Shown here piece after piece: positions 54,660 to 64,000 of a DNA stretch of 64,000 bases. Every line of letters begins with the position of its first letter. Positions within the stretch are counted from its first letter, which is position 1. The stretch comes from a virus: the IMG/VR virus record IMGVR_UViG_3300046534_001374, positions 1-64,000 of that record; one strand, written 5' to 3'. Below the pieces are notes generated by a model that was not told where the DNA came from, made no database searches, and saw nothing but the letters and a program-made list of their open reading frames with translations. The translations under genes and the position numbers were made by a program.

Positions 54660-55613
54660 TTACTCGAATTTGCCAACGCTTGGAAATCCGCTATTCGGAT
54701 TATTCCTCAATTCCGAATTCTCTTCAAGCCCAAAACCAGATCCATCTTGAACCGTATAGTAGTTATATACGAATTGGATCTGTCTCTGCATGACTCTGTC
54801 GGCTTCATAGTTTAGGTTTTCCTCACTAATGTTGTTAGGAACAGCATCGTAATACTTGAAAACCTTTCTAACAATAGGTCTTTGGTTTGGAAATGTTCCT
54901 GCCAATTCAAATATAGTAATATCCGCTTTCAAAGATCTTTCTCTACTTGTGGCAAACAAACCTCTATGGGACATTAATTTTGCCCAAGGATGTAAGAAGA
55001 AATCCGTATACGAACAATTGGTTTCTTTAACTGTAACTTCCAATGCTTGGTTTTCGTTGGAGCCTTGGGTCACCGGAGCTTTCATGAAACCGTTGCTGGC
55101 TCCATTCATACCACCGAATTGTCCAACGTTAAAACTAAAACCAGCCTCTTGAACACCTAGAGCAAAAATACAACCAATAGTTTCTTGTGCCTCGTCTCTT
55201 TGAAGATATTTGGTTGCTTCCTCGAAATTCCAATCCTGCGAAGATTTAGTGGGTTCGTATTTTCCGATATCTTTAATTTGGCTTAATAGGTATTCCTCAT
55301 TATGAGGCTCGATGAATACCGCCCATTTAGCGGCATGCGGCAATGCATAACAAAAGTTACACAAAGTGGAGTAATAAAACTCCAAAGGTCTGTTGAACAT
55401 ACTAGGCGGGCCACTACCTTTGAAGTCATACTGCATATTTGGATCAAATCCAAAAGAACCGCTACTGTAAGAATCACTACCACGACCTTTAAAGAAAGAT
55501 AAAAAGTTTTCAATGGGTGCATTAATGTTGTTTCTAACAAAACTAGGACCGCGTTCTAACGCTAGATCGGGGAAAGGTATGCGTGATTGAACAAAGTCGG
55601 TATTCCGTGCCAT
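54660..55613 (-). CDS. Tail tube-like protein (gp19/gp54 family)
   Basis: ADITIFEL...FKYYDAVPNNI..LNY...IQFVYNYY tube-fold C-terminus; start at MARNTDF. Confidence 0.75.
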   Translation of the reverse strand: MARNTDFVQSRIPFPDLALERGPSFVRNNINAPIENFLSFFKGRGSDSYSSGSFGFDPNMQYDFKGSGPPSMFNRPLEFYYSTLCNFCYALPHAAKWAVFIEPHNEEYLLSQIKDIGKYEPTKSSQDWNFEEATKYLQRDEAQETIGCIFALGVQEAGFSFNVGQFGGMNGASNGFMKAPVTQGSNENQALEVTVKETNCSYTDFFLHPWAKLMSHRGLFATSRERSLKADITIFELAGTFPNQRPIVRKVFKYYDAVPNNISEENLNYEADRVMQRQIQFVYNYYTVQDGSGFGLEENSELRNNPNSGFPSVGKFE

Positions 55614-55623
55614 AATACTAATT

Positions 55624-55845
55624 ATGAGTATGAAGGAGTTTATAAGGAAGCTGGACCCTAGTTGGATACGCGGTCTAATCTCTGTATTGCTATGCCTTAC
55701 GGTTATATTTGGTTTTTTTGTGGGGTTAATTCCTGTTGAATTTATTAAAGATCTAACTATCATGGCTCTATCGTTTTATTTCGGTAGCAAAGTTCCGACA
55801 TACCAAGAACAGAAGTATATGAAAGAAAGTATTAAAAATCCCTAA
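55624..55845 (+). CDS. Small two-TM membrane protein (holin-like)
   Basis: Two hydrophobic helices; SFYFGS motif. Confidence 0.6.
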   Translation: MSMKEFIRKLDPSWIRGLISVLLCLTVIFGFFVGLIPVEFIKDLTIMALSFYFGSKVPTYQEQKYMKESIKNP

Positions 55846-55854
55846 TTATATACT

Positions 55855-56370
55855 ATGAGCAATCCGTGGGAAACAAATCATGAAAAATTGGCAACCGTTT
55901 TCCAAGAAGGAATTCTTGATAGAATTGGGTCGAAGGTGAGGAAACCTTTTAGAGCTATGGGTAATCTTGCATCTGGTCTTAGTAAGGGCGTAATGCATAA
56001 CCCCCAAGTAAAACAAATTGAAGATTATATAAATAGAAAATATCAGGAAATAGAAAATGATATTGGCCAACTTATTAAAGACTCTCCCCAAAAAGTAGAA
56101 ATGGGCGATTCTATCATAGAACTAAAAAAATCGTTTGAAGGGTTTAATACGAAGGTTGAAGAAATTTACACTAGGGAGCAGAGAGGTGAACAAGATAAAT
56201 TAAATCAAATAGACCCTACTAGACAACAGCCCCAGCAGAATTCTACACCACCACCTCTCCCTCAACAACAACAGCCCCAGCAGAATTCTACACCACCCCC
56301 TCTCCCTCAACAACAAACCTCGCGTCAACGTCAACAACGCCAACGCCGCCGTCAACTCGGCCTATACTAA
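55855..56370 (+). CDS. Hypothetical protein with Q/P-rich tandem repeat
   Basis: QQPQQNSTPPPLPQQQ duplicated at ~56224-56315. Confidence 0.7.
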   Translation: MSNPWETNHEKLATVFQEGILDRIGSKVRKPFRAMGNLASGLSKGVMHNPQVKQIEDYINRKYQEIENDIGQLIKDSPQKVEMGDSIIELKKSFEGFNTKVEEIYTREQRGEQDKLNQIDPTRQQPQQNSTPPPLPQQQQPQQNSTPPPLPQQQTSRQRQQRQRRRQLGLY

Positions 56371-56405
56371 TACGGCCCATATAGCAGAAATAGATAATTA
56401 CAATT

Positions 56406-56939
56406 ATGGCTAATATTGATTTTGATGACCTAGAACCGCTAGCTTGCCCTTTGGTGACCCAACCGGACAACAACACCTGTATAGGTGATTTGATTAAGCA
56501 GTATGCATATAATTTAGCAATACTTGAAAGAGCATTGTTGAAAACTGTCGTGGCTGCGGGGATGCTCCAATATTTTATGGGGGGTTTGAGTAAGATCCCT
56601 AAAGGATATGTTATTGCCGATGGTTCTTGGTATAGTCCCGAAACTTTTCCCAACCTTTTTGCCAATATCAAATACATCCACGGCAAAAGAGAAGATGGTT
56701 GTTTTAGAGTTCCAGATTTAAGATCAACCATTCTGGTTGGTTTGGACATGAATAGAAAATGTCTGACTGATGTTAACGAGTATGTAGGTTTAGATGTTAA
56801 CGGCGATCCGGTCGAAGGTGATAATGTAGGTGCATCCAGAACCTATTGCCAGAGTCCTAACATTGGGCAAGAGTGCGATAGTCTAGTTAAAAAGAAATTA
56901 GCCATACCCCTTATATCTACGGGGGAGATATGCCTCTAA
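56406..56939 (+). CDS. Phage tail collar domain protein
   Basis: IPKGYVIADG...FPNLF..I...G...FRVPDLR motif. Confidence 0.88.
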   Translation: MANIDFDDLEPLACPLVTQPDNNTCIGDLIKQYAYNLAILERALLKTVVAAGMLQYFMGGLSKIPKGYVIADGSWYSPETFPNLFANIKYIHGKREDGCFRVPDLRSTILVGLDMNRKCLTDVNEYVGLDVNGDPVEGDNVGASRTYCQSPNIGQECDSLVKKKLAIPLISTGEICL

Positions 56940-56978
56940 AACTTGATTTAGTTTTTATATTCCATAAATACTGCCCTA

Positions 56979-57329
56979 GTGGATATTATTTACAATAAAA
57001 TTCTGTGTGAGTTGCTATCTAAGCCGCTCACTATAGAACATAAAGACAAAGTCGTTAAAAAGGGAACTTTACTGAATTGGAAATGTAATCCCTTTTTCAT
57101 GGAGCTAATCATCAAGACTGAAAAGAAGGACGAGTCGGTCAAGCTACTATACCCATTTAAACTCGAATCATATTATAATGATGAGGGTGATATGTTATCC
57201 GAGGTATATTTTGACTATAGGTTATCCACTTTTAATGAAAGTATGAAAACCGATTTTAAGAAACTCGATATCGAGAAATTTAGTTATCATAAATATACGG
57301 ATACGATTTTAAGTATAATCGTTGACTAA
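56979..57329 (+). CDS. Hypothetical protein
   Basis: 116-aa ORF. Confidence 0.65.
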   Translation: MDIIYNKILCELLSKPLTIEHKDKVVKKGTLLNWKCNPFFMELIIKTEKKDESVKLLYPFKLESYYNDEGDMLSEVYFDYRLSTFNESMKTDFKKLDIEKFSYHKYTDTILSIIVD

Positions 57330-57358
57330 TTTTTGAATCCCACATACTAAATAGAATT

Positions 57359-58420
57359 ATGGCCGAAACCAATCCTTGTAAATGTGCAGACCCATCTGTA
57401 GGTCCGACTAAATCAACCGCATCTTCATTTTCCTTTCAAATTTGTGATGGTATGGAGTTGGTTTCTGTTCCTGCCTCTAGCATTGCCGACTATATCATAA
57501 ATGTTATTTATGGTAATACCGAAGGGGAACCTCCTGCGGAAGGTTGTTATAACGTCTGTTATGATGGTAGTGGTAATAGATCTATTAATTTGGCGGAATC
57601 ACCTAGATTGCAATCTGAATATGTTTTACAAACCCAAGAAACATTATTTCCTATTGTAGAGGGTGACCCAAATGCACGAATATCTTGGAATTTACCAAAT
57701 CCTTCTTTCCTCGCATTCACCCAACAACCCCCCACTGGTTTTATACCGACTTATGCTAAACTAAAATTTACTTCATACTTTGGGGGTAGTGGTGGTAAGA
57801 TTGTTGAAATTTTAGATAAATACGAAAACCCTGTTTATAGACTTGTTGGGGATAATAGTGATGATGACGGTGCGCATACTGGTGAAGTTTGGGTTCCGGT
57901 GGATGATAATGGTGGGAATGTCGGGGTCTTCTTGAGTGGTGTTACTAACAATGCTTATGTTAATATTAAACTGGTAGGCTTTACTAATGCGGCTATTTTA
58001 ACTTCCGATGGAACGGTTATCGGAGACATTGGTGATGGTGGTGATGGTGGGTCTGGAAATATTACAGAAACTACTACTGACCCTCTAGGGATTACCTACC
58101 TTAAACATGAATACAATTCTGGTTCTGTTGACATTACCGTTATCGAATTTACGAAAGACACAACTCTATTAGAGGGCACTGATGATTATACTATCCTAGT
58201 TGATTTTGGGGGTAACGATATAAGAAGTGTTACCGTCCCTCACACAACATCAACTAGCCCGAAACAAAGAGTCACTATAAATTGGACTGTGGACAAAGCA
58301 CTCCGTGTTGAAGTTAAAGCTAAGTCGCCTACCGCAAGTGGGAGTGTTCGGTCTTCCGATACCGGAAGTATAGATGCTTCGATTACTATACCTAAAGATA
58401 TTACAACACAGACTATTTAA
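57359..58420 (+). CDS. Putative virion structural protein
   Basis: G/S/T-rich, beta-rich; late motif; tail-gene context. Confidence 0.55.
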   Translation: MAETNPCKCADPSVGPTKSTASSFSFQICDGMELVSVPASSIADYIINVIYGNTEGEPPAEGCYNVCYDGSGNRSINLAESPRLQSEYVLQTQETLFPIVEGDPNARISWNLPNPSFLAFTQQPPTGFIPTYAKLKFTSYFGGSGGKIVEILDKYENPVYRLVGDNSDDDGAHTGEVWVPVDDNGGNVGVFLSGVTNNAYVNIKLVGFTNAAILTSDGTVIGDIGDGGDGGSGNITETTTDPLGITYLKHEYNSGSVDITVIEFTKDTTLLEGTDDYTILVDFGGNDIRSVTVPHTTSTSPKQRVTINWTVDKALRVEVKAKSPTASGSVRSSDTGSIDASITIPKDITTQTI

Positions 58421-58576
58421 ATGAACGACGAATTACTAGAAGAATTAATCGGTTATCTACATGACTATAAAGATTTACTACAAGAAGTAGATTTTACCCC
58501 ACTAGATGATGATATCACCGAAACAATAAAGCAACTTGAAGTGTTGCTTGACTAGACGTTTGCCATAATTAAATGT

Positions 58577-61500
58577 GTGGACACAAATGGCAATATAACT
58601 TTACCCGTTAATTCAGGAGATCCTTTATTCGATCTCCTGAATTGTTATATCGATGCGTTTGGTGAAGAAATTCCTAACAGTGTATACTTGGACCCCTTTA
58701 CCAAGGACGAATTTGCCTTTGAACTTTTTACTAAAACTGGTAAATATTTAGGGGAAGATCTGTTCTTCATAAATTCAGAAGAGACCGAACCAGTAACCAC
58801 ATTAACAAATGAAATATCTACAGGTAATAATATATTTAACCCTTTTCAGAACCTTGGCAACGGCGCAAATGCTTCTTTCCCAATTGCCAGCAGTGATATC
58901 GGAGCTACCTCCGGTTCTTCTTTAGCTACATCTGATATTGTCTGGCAGTTTGTAGATGGTGAATTGGAAGGTGCGTGGTATAAAAAGTTTGACGAGGAAT
59001 TTTCGGCAGATCCGATTTGCCTTAAACTACAAGTCGGAACTTTTGAATTAAGATATCCGTATGGCGATAGGGGGACTTTGGATGACGAAGACGGTTGGTC
59101 TGGTCGTGGTTTGGATAACTGCCAAAGATCGGTTTACCTAGGCCAAGAAGACCAGATAACACAAGAAGCCTTGGAAGAACTTTACTGGAACGAACCAGCC
59201 GAATTATCAACAACACCGTCTATTGCACTTAATGATACTACGTTGATTGATGACGGTGCTTATGCGGATAAGAATATTTTTTATGCGGATCAGATTCAGG
59301 TAAAAACTGACAGAGATGCGGATACGGGTGAATTCGCATGGCTGTATGATTTTGACCATACCGAACTTCCTATTATCTGCGGTCTGAATCAGATCTACTG
59401 GCCTTTGTTTAGATATGACGACGAGACAAGGGAATTCCCCTTTAAGATATCTAACGAGCAGGTAGAGGACATTGCTCTTACTTCAATTAACCTGAACAAA
59501 ACCATGTGCGGAGCAGTGGCTGGTTTGACACCAGAAACATCAGATCAATTTTATAAGAAGTCTGGTTTTTGTGGAAGCGGGACCGAAGGGGCTTGGTTGA
59601 AAGGTTGTGATGTAGAACCTTTAGGTGAGGACATCTACCCTCCTGCTATTCCTGAAGAACTTTGTCAAGGACTTACTTTCTTTTTAGAAGACGATGAGGT
59701 GTTTGTTACCGGTTCTTGCGTCATACCTCCCGTAGTATACATTCCCGACGAAGGTTGTGGAGACCCCCTATTTACAGGAACTTCGGTTATCGGTTTCGAA
59801 AACGCAGTGTATGAAGGAACACCCGAAATTAAGATCAGAAAAAATATTTTCGAATGGGGCGTTCCGGTTTCTGGCGGAAAAAACAAAATAGAATTCGAAC
59901 CTGTAAGTTTTTCAGAGGTTTCTTTCGATCAGTCTTTTAAGATTGGTGATCTGTCATATTTAAATGAGATTGTCCAAGGCGGTAGTTATGTTGATACGGT
60001 TGATGTTGTGTTGAGCTTATCGATAGGAAATAATATTCAGGAATTTACTTTTCCTTTTGATATTACCGAGACCACAAACAATTCGTCGAACCCTATTGAA
60101 AATGCTGACACCATAACGATAACCAAGCCAGCAACCCAAACCGTTTTCACTTTATATGGTGTTGCTTATACTTTAGAAATATTTTTTAAAGAAGGCTTAA
60201 CCGAAGGTGGTTTTGCCAAAGAAACCGAGTTGTTTGCCAACGAACAAGCTACTGCTACTACCGAATTATTTGCGAAACTAACAACTATAGAATCGCAGGA
60301 ACAAACTAATTCTTATACCTATAAGGTGTTCTCGTTTGAGCCTAAGGTTGGTTTTGACTATAGCCTTGATGTAACTGGGTGTGTTTTAACTGTCGTTGGT
60401 GATGAAACCGAGGGTATTGCTCGGGAGGAAAACATATTCCAAATAGAAACTGATGGGACCGACTTTATTAGTTTTTATGAAGATGGTGTAAAGAAATCGG
60501 AGCTACTTGCACCATTAATGATACTTTGTTATAGAAATAAAGTAAGATCTTTAACTGGTGCTTCGAGGCAGACGGGTCTGCATATGATGGCTCCGACAGG
60601 GGGGGATACTCATTTCTTTTGGGAGTTTCCTGATTCCGATATCACCGATGTTATCAATGGTTATGATCATGATGATTATTGTGAATACGGAAAGTTAGAC
60701 TCTTACAAATCCATTGTTGATGCTAAACTTGGTGAAGAGACCAATGAATGGAAAAAATGTAATTGTAAAGCGGTTTACCATTCACCTATAGGTAATAGTT
60801 TTGAAGGTGTCGCGGGATTTGATGATTATAAAGAATACTCCGACATTATTTTTTCAGACAGCGGTGTTGAGCCGTTCTCTTTTTCTACTTGGGTTGGTCC
60901 TGATGGTAAAGATTATAGAACCAGTGATTACTTCGCAGTATTCAAATACTCTGGGAGGGAACCCGATGTTGGTTACGGTATAGGTTACTGGGAGACTCTT
61001 TCGGGAAAATCCATGAAACTTGAAAGAGGTAATAGTTATGTTTATCGTCGTGCTTCTTTCGATGGTTGTGATGATAATAAACCGCCTTGTTTGGTGGTTC
61101 AAAATTGTCACTGTTATGATAACTGTAATGATTCTGTGTGTAAACCCCAGTGGACTAAACTAGTCCAAGAACCTGATGGTTCGTGGGTCGATACTGGAGA
61201 GCCTAGCGATATGATACTTGAGGCCGGTCAGTTCTACGAATATGAGAAACAAGGATCTATAAATTACACCCTACATAAAGAAGACGGAACCTCTTACGAT
61301 AGGACAACACCCACTTCCAGCTTCTCTATGAATGTCCCTTTTAAAGAAAGCAGTCCTTTCTGGGCTTCTTCCCCAACTGTGGGTTCGTTAAACATTGGAC
61401 TAGGTCCGCTTGAAAGCTCAGACTATCTTTTAACAACCCAACCAGATCCTAGTGAAATTATTATAGACAATGATAACTACATCAAAATTGTTAGAAACAA

Positions 61501-62032
61501 ATGCGAACCCTTCGTGTGGAAACAACCACTTACCTCTACTATAGATCTGGAAAAACCCCCTGTTTGGAAAAAACTTAATTTTAGTTTCACCAACCCCAAG
61601 CTACTACAAAAGATTGTGGGGTGTGGTAACTGTGAATTGGTGTTTGATGATACCCCCGATTCTTGTTTTTTGAAGGAAGCTAATTGTAATTCATATATCG
61701 GGTATGTTGAGGAAACTAACGAAGATTCTGATATGATTATCAGAACTGCTTCCAATTGCAATAATAATACAGAACTCTATTATTCCGCCCAAAATGATTT
61801 TATATGGACAAACGACGTAGTCAATACTACGGACGTGGTAAATCCTGTTTCAGAGGTTTACGTTGAAGCAGAGCAGCCTTGGGCTAATTACCTAAACAAA
61901 GACAAAGCCGTTGTTCGGGTAAAGGAAACTGATACCCATCTCAAAACTAAAGACGAACTGGGTGTGTTTGTTCCTAAAAACATCGGCGTGAATAAGCTCC
62001 AGTGTTTTGGCCAAGAAAATGAATTAGTATAA
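58577..62032 (+). CDS. Large acidic, Cys-rich putative virion protein
   Basis: 1151 aa; inserted lectin-like beta module around residues 400-570; late motif upstream. Confidence 0.6.
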   Translation: MDTNGNITLPVNSGDPLFDLLNCYIDAFGEEIPNSVYLDPFTKDEFAFELFTKTGKYLGEDLFFINSEETEPVTTLTNEISTGNNIFNPFQNLGNGANASFPIASSDIGATSGSSLATSDIVWQFVDGELEGAWYKKFDEEFSADPICLKLQVGTFELRYPYGDRGTLDDEDGWSGRGLDNCQRSVYLGQEDQITQEALEELYWNEPAELSTTPSIALNDTTLIDDGAYADKNIFYADQIQVKTDRDADTGEFAWLYDFDHTELPIICGLNQIYWPLFRYDDETREFPFKISNEQVEDIALTSINLNKTMCGAVAGLTPETSDQFYKKSGFCGSGTEGAWLKGCDVEPLGEDIYPPAIPEELCQGLTFFLEDDEVFVTGSCVIPPVVYIPDEGCGDPLFTGTSVIGFENAVYEGTPEIKIRKNIFEWGVPVSGGKNKIEFEPVSFSEVSFDQSFKIGDLSYLNEIVQGGSYVDTVDVVLSLSIGNNIQEFTFPFDITETTNNSSNPIENADTITITKPATQTVFTLYGVAYTLEIFFKEGLTEGGFAKETELFANEQATATTELFAKLTTIESQEQTNSYTYKVFSFEPKVGFDYSLDVTGCVLTVVGDETEGIAREENIFQIETDGTDFISFYEDGVKKSELLAPLMILCYRNKVRSLTGASRQTGLHMMAPTGGDTHFFWEFPDSDITDVINGYDHDDYCEYGKLDSYKSIVDAKLGEETNEWKKCNCKAVYHSPIGNSFEGVAGFDDYKEYSDIIFSDSGVEPFSFSTWVGPDGKDYRTSDYFAVFKYSGREPDVGYGIGYWETLSGKSMKLERGNSYVYRRASFDGCDDNKPPCLVVQNCHCYDNCNDSVCKPQWTKLVQEPDGSWVDTGEPSDMILEAGQFYEYEKQGSINYTLHKEDGTSYDRTTPTSSFSMNVPFKESSPFWASSPTVGSLNIGLGPLESSDYLLTTQPDPSEIIIDNDNYIKIVRNKCEPFVWKQPLTSTIDLEKPPVWKKLNFSFTNPKLLQKIVGCGNCELVFDDTPDSCFLKEANCNSYIGYVEETNEDSDMIIRTASNCNNNTELYYSAQNDFIWTNDVVNTTDVVNPVSEVYVEAEQPWANYLNKDKAVVRVKETDTHLKTKDELGVFVPKNIGVNKLQCFGQENELV

Positions 62033-64000
62033 TGTTATTTAATCCGCTTACAGATTTTCCTTCTTCCGAAGAAGTTATTAAAGACACAAATTCTATCAAT
62101 GCGATAAATTTAAATGGTCAACGATATCTATTTGCCGTGTGGTTGGATAATGGCAAACAAAAAATTCAAATACCAAGCAAATATCTTAATGAATTAAAAA
62201 TAGTTGATACTTTGTCTGAGTTTAAAACTTCTGGATCTCTTACCTACAGAGACCCAAATTTTAGTATTTTTAGATTGTTGTCCAAATTGGTTAATATATT
62301 AGATGACGGCTGTATCAAAAATACCGAAGCCGAACGACAGAAAGTTACAGATTTTGCTTTTAGAGGTTCTGGTAGTGAGAGAATACATATTAAACTGTTG
62401 CCTATATCGGGTGATGGTGATGTTGATGTGTTGAAAACTCAACAAAAAATGTCTTCAGGCGGATGGACTATTAAACAAACTTTCGTTATAACTAAAATCG
62501 AAAACACCCCTTCTCCGCTTTCTGCGAAAAACTACCGAATCGACTTTGAGGATGTAATAACGCACGTATTAGAGAGTTACAGAATTACGGAATTCCCATG
62601 TAGTTCAATTGGGAAGAACGGAATTCCTGAAGAAATAGTTTCGGTGTCTGATTCTCAAACGGGAACGACCAAACCAGATAAACCCGCAATCGAACCGGAT
62701 GGGTCGAAACAAGAAACGAGTTCGGGTGAGGGTATTTCGGGTTCCCCTACGGAAACACCTCCTTCGGAAAACTCCCCCAATACAGCCGCTCAGGAGGCTT
62801 CTGGTGCTAGCGCGGACCCAGAAGAGACATCTAATGAGACATCGGGCTATCCGACACACGGAGAAGGAAAAAACTCCGTTGATGCCGCAAAAACGGGAGA
62901 GGCTATTTATTGGATTATCCATAAAGCATTAACAGAATATTACGTTAAAACTGGATTTGATGTTCGGGGATACTTACCTAAGATCAAATTTAAAAATGGT
63001 GAATATGTTGTTGACGATATTGAATTAAAAGGCAAAAAGACTAACCGCATCAAGACCAAAACAGGTATGGTGAAGACGGTGCTTGACAAGAATCCTGAAG
63101 ATGTGTGGGATTTCGGACCTAATGATAGTTTGTTATTAGCCACTCTAAATGGAGTGGGTGGCACCCATTTACTGTTAGACAAATTTCTAAAGATTCATGT
63201 TTCGGGCGTTGAACACGAAAAATCTGAATTCCTAGATCCCGAAAATAAATCACTCTCAAATCTTAACTGGGAACCTTGCTTATTACATAAAACTAGACCC
63301 GCCAACGAAAACGATAGCCTCACAATAACACTAAGACCCATCTCCTCATGGATGAATAACTTTGGATCTCTTGATGGGGATATTGGCGATGAATATATGG
63401 ACTCTTTCACCTTCAAAAACGAAGAGGATTTTATAAACAAAAGCCTCGGAACTATTAAAGGGTTTATAAACAATTTAACCTTTTGTGAAAATATTGATGC
63501 TAAGGCAAAAAACGTAGCCACACCTATTGATAGGTTTGTTTACGATCCTTTAAGTCCTGAAGACTCTGTTAAATTTATTGTTCCTCATATTGCAGAGCAC
63601 AATGGCCCTAGAAAAGCATACATAGCTGAAGTTGAAGGTGGTTTTGAATATTGTAAAAAATATGTGTCCGAACTATATATTAAAGCTTTCGCACCTAAAA
63701 AAGATTCAAAACACAGACACGGTATGGTCAATATTGATGACGACCAGAATCTAAAGAATCAAGATGCCAATGTTAAAATTAGAATCCAAAATAGAATACC
63801 AACTAAAACTTCTTTGGTTGCTTTGGGTAGAAATCGTCTGATTAAAAATATCATATTCTTTAATGATCTTTTAAGCTTTAGAATAGAAGGCTCTACCCAT
63901 AGACAAAGTGGCAACTTCTTTAGTGTTGACCTAGCTGGCGGAACGGACCCCTTTGACGAAAATCTAAATAGATTGCTCGGTGTTTGGTGGTGCGCGCAGG
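62032..64000 (+). CDS. Putative baseplate hub (gp27-like), truncated by the window end
   Basis: Open frame from ATG at 62032 (TAATG overlap) to the end; IEGSTHRQSG...LLGVW motif. Confidence 0.55.
   Translation, partial: MLFNPLTDFPSSEEVIKDTNSINAINLNGQRYLFAVWLDNGKQKIQIPSKYLNELKIVDTLSEFKTSGSLTYRDPNFSIFRLLSKLVNILDDGCIKNTEAERQKVTDFAFRGSGSERIHIKLLPISGDGDVDVLKTQQKMSSGGWTIKQTFVITKIENTPSPLSAKNYRIDFEDVITHVLESYRITEFPCSSIGKNGIPEEIVSVSDSQTGTTKPDKPAIEPDGSKQETSSGEGISGSPTETPPSENSPNTAAQEASGASADPEETSNETSGYPTHGEGKNSVDAAKTGEAIYWIIHKALTEYYVKTGFDVRGYLPKIKFKNGEYVVDDIELKGKKTNRIKTKTGMVKTVLDKNPEDVWDFGPNDSLLLATLNGVGGTHLLLDKFLKIHVSGVEHEKSEFLDPENKSLSNLNWEPCLLHKTRPANENDSLTITLRPISSWMNNFGSLDGDIGDEYMDSFTFKNEEDFINKSLGTIKGFINNLTFCENIDAKAKNVATPIDRFVYDPLSPEDSVKFIVPHIAEHNGPRKAYIAEVEGGFEYCKKYVSELYIKAFAPKKDSKHRHGMVNIDDDQNLKNQDANVKIRIQNRIPTKTSLVALGRNRLIKNIIFFNDLLSFRIEGSTHRQSGNFFSVDLAGGTDPFDENLNRLLGVWWCAQ

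Overview
A 64-kb segment of a large T4-like (myovirus) phage genome. It carries baseplate, tail-tube and tail-collar genes, rIIA/rIIB, a clamp loader, NrdA/NrdB, an amidase and a glycan-modification gene set. A ~26-kb minus-strand region holds about 35 tRNA and tRNA-like genes interspersed with small ORFs. The main finding is a repeated regulatory module that appears to be undescribed. The tRNA genes fall into three clusters by amino acid, and each cluster is headed by the same cassette: promoter, 23-25 codon leader peptide, mutually exclusive antiterminator/terminator, then a conserved ~48-nt structured RNA. Each leader is built from codons read by its own downstream tRNAs: QQQWQQPYPP before Gln/Trp/Pro/Tyr; HGTTVVVEHGEDTT before His/Gly/Thr/Val/Glu/Asp; an M/K/I/S/N/L/R/F-rich leader before Met/Lys/Ile/Ser/Asn/Leu/Arg/Phe. 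This suggests ribosome-mediated attenuators that sense loss of specific charged tRNAs and switch on the matching phage tRNAs. Other notable items: an integrase-less integron cassette array with three attC sites and matching R'/R'' cores; about ten late proteins (including an Acb1-like 2H phosphoesterase) sharing a capsid-targeting-like N-terminus; several structurally aberrant tRNA-like RNAs; a repeated pseudoknot spacer RNA; capsid-fragment proteins; and a PARP plus ADP-ribosylhydrolase pair. All calls come from reading motifs by eye; no database searches or folding programs were run.
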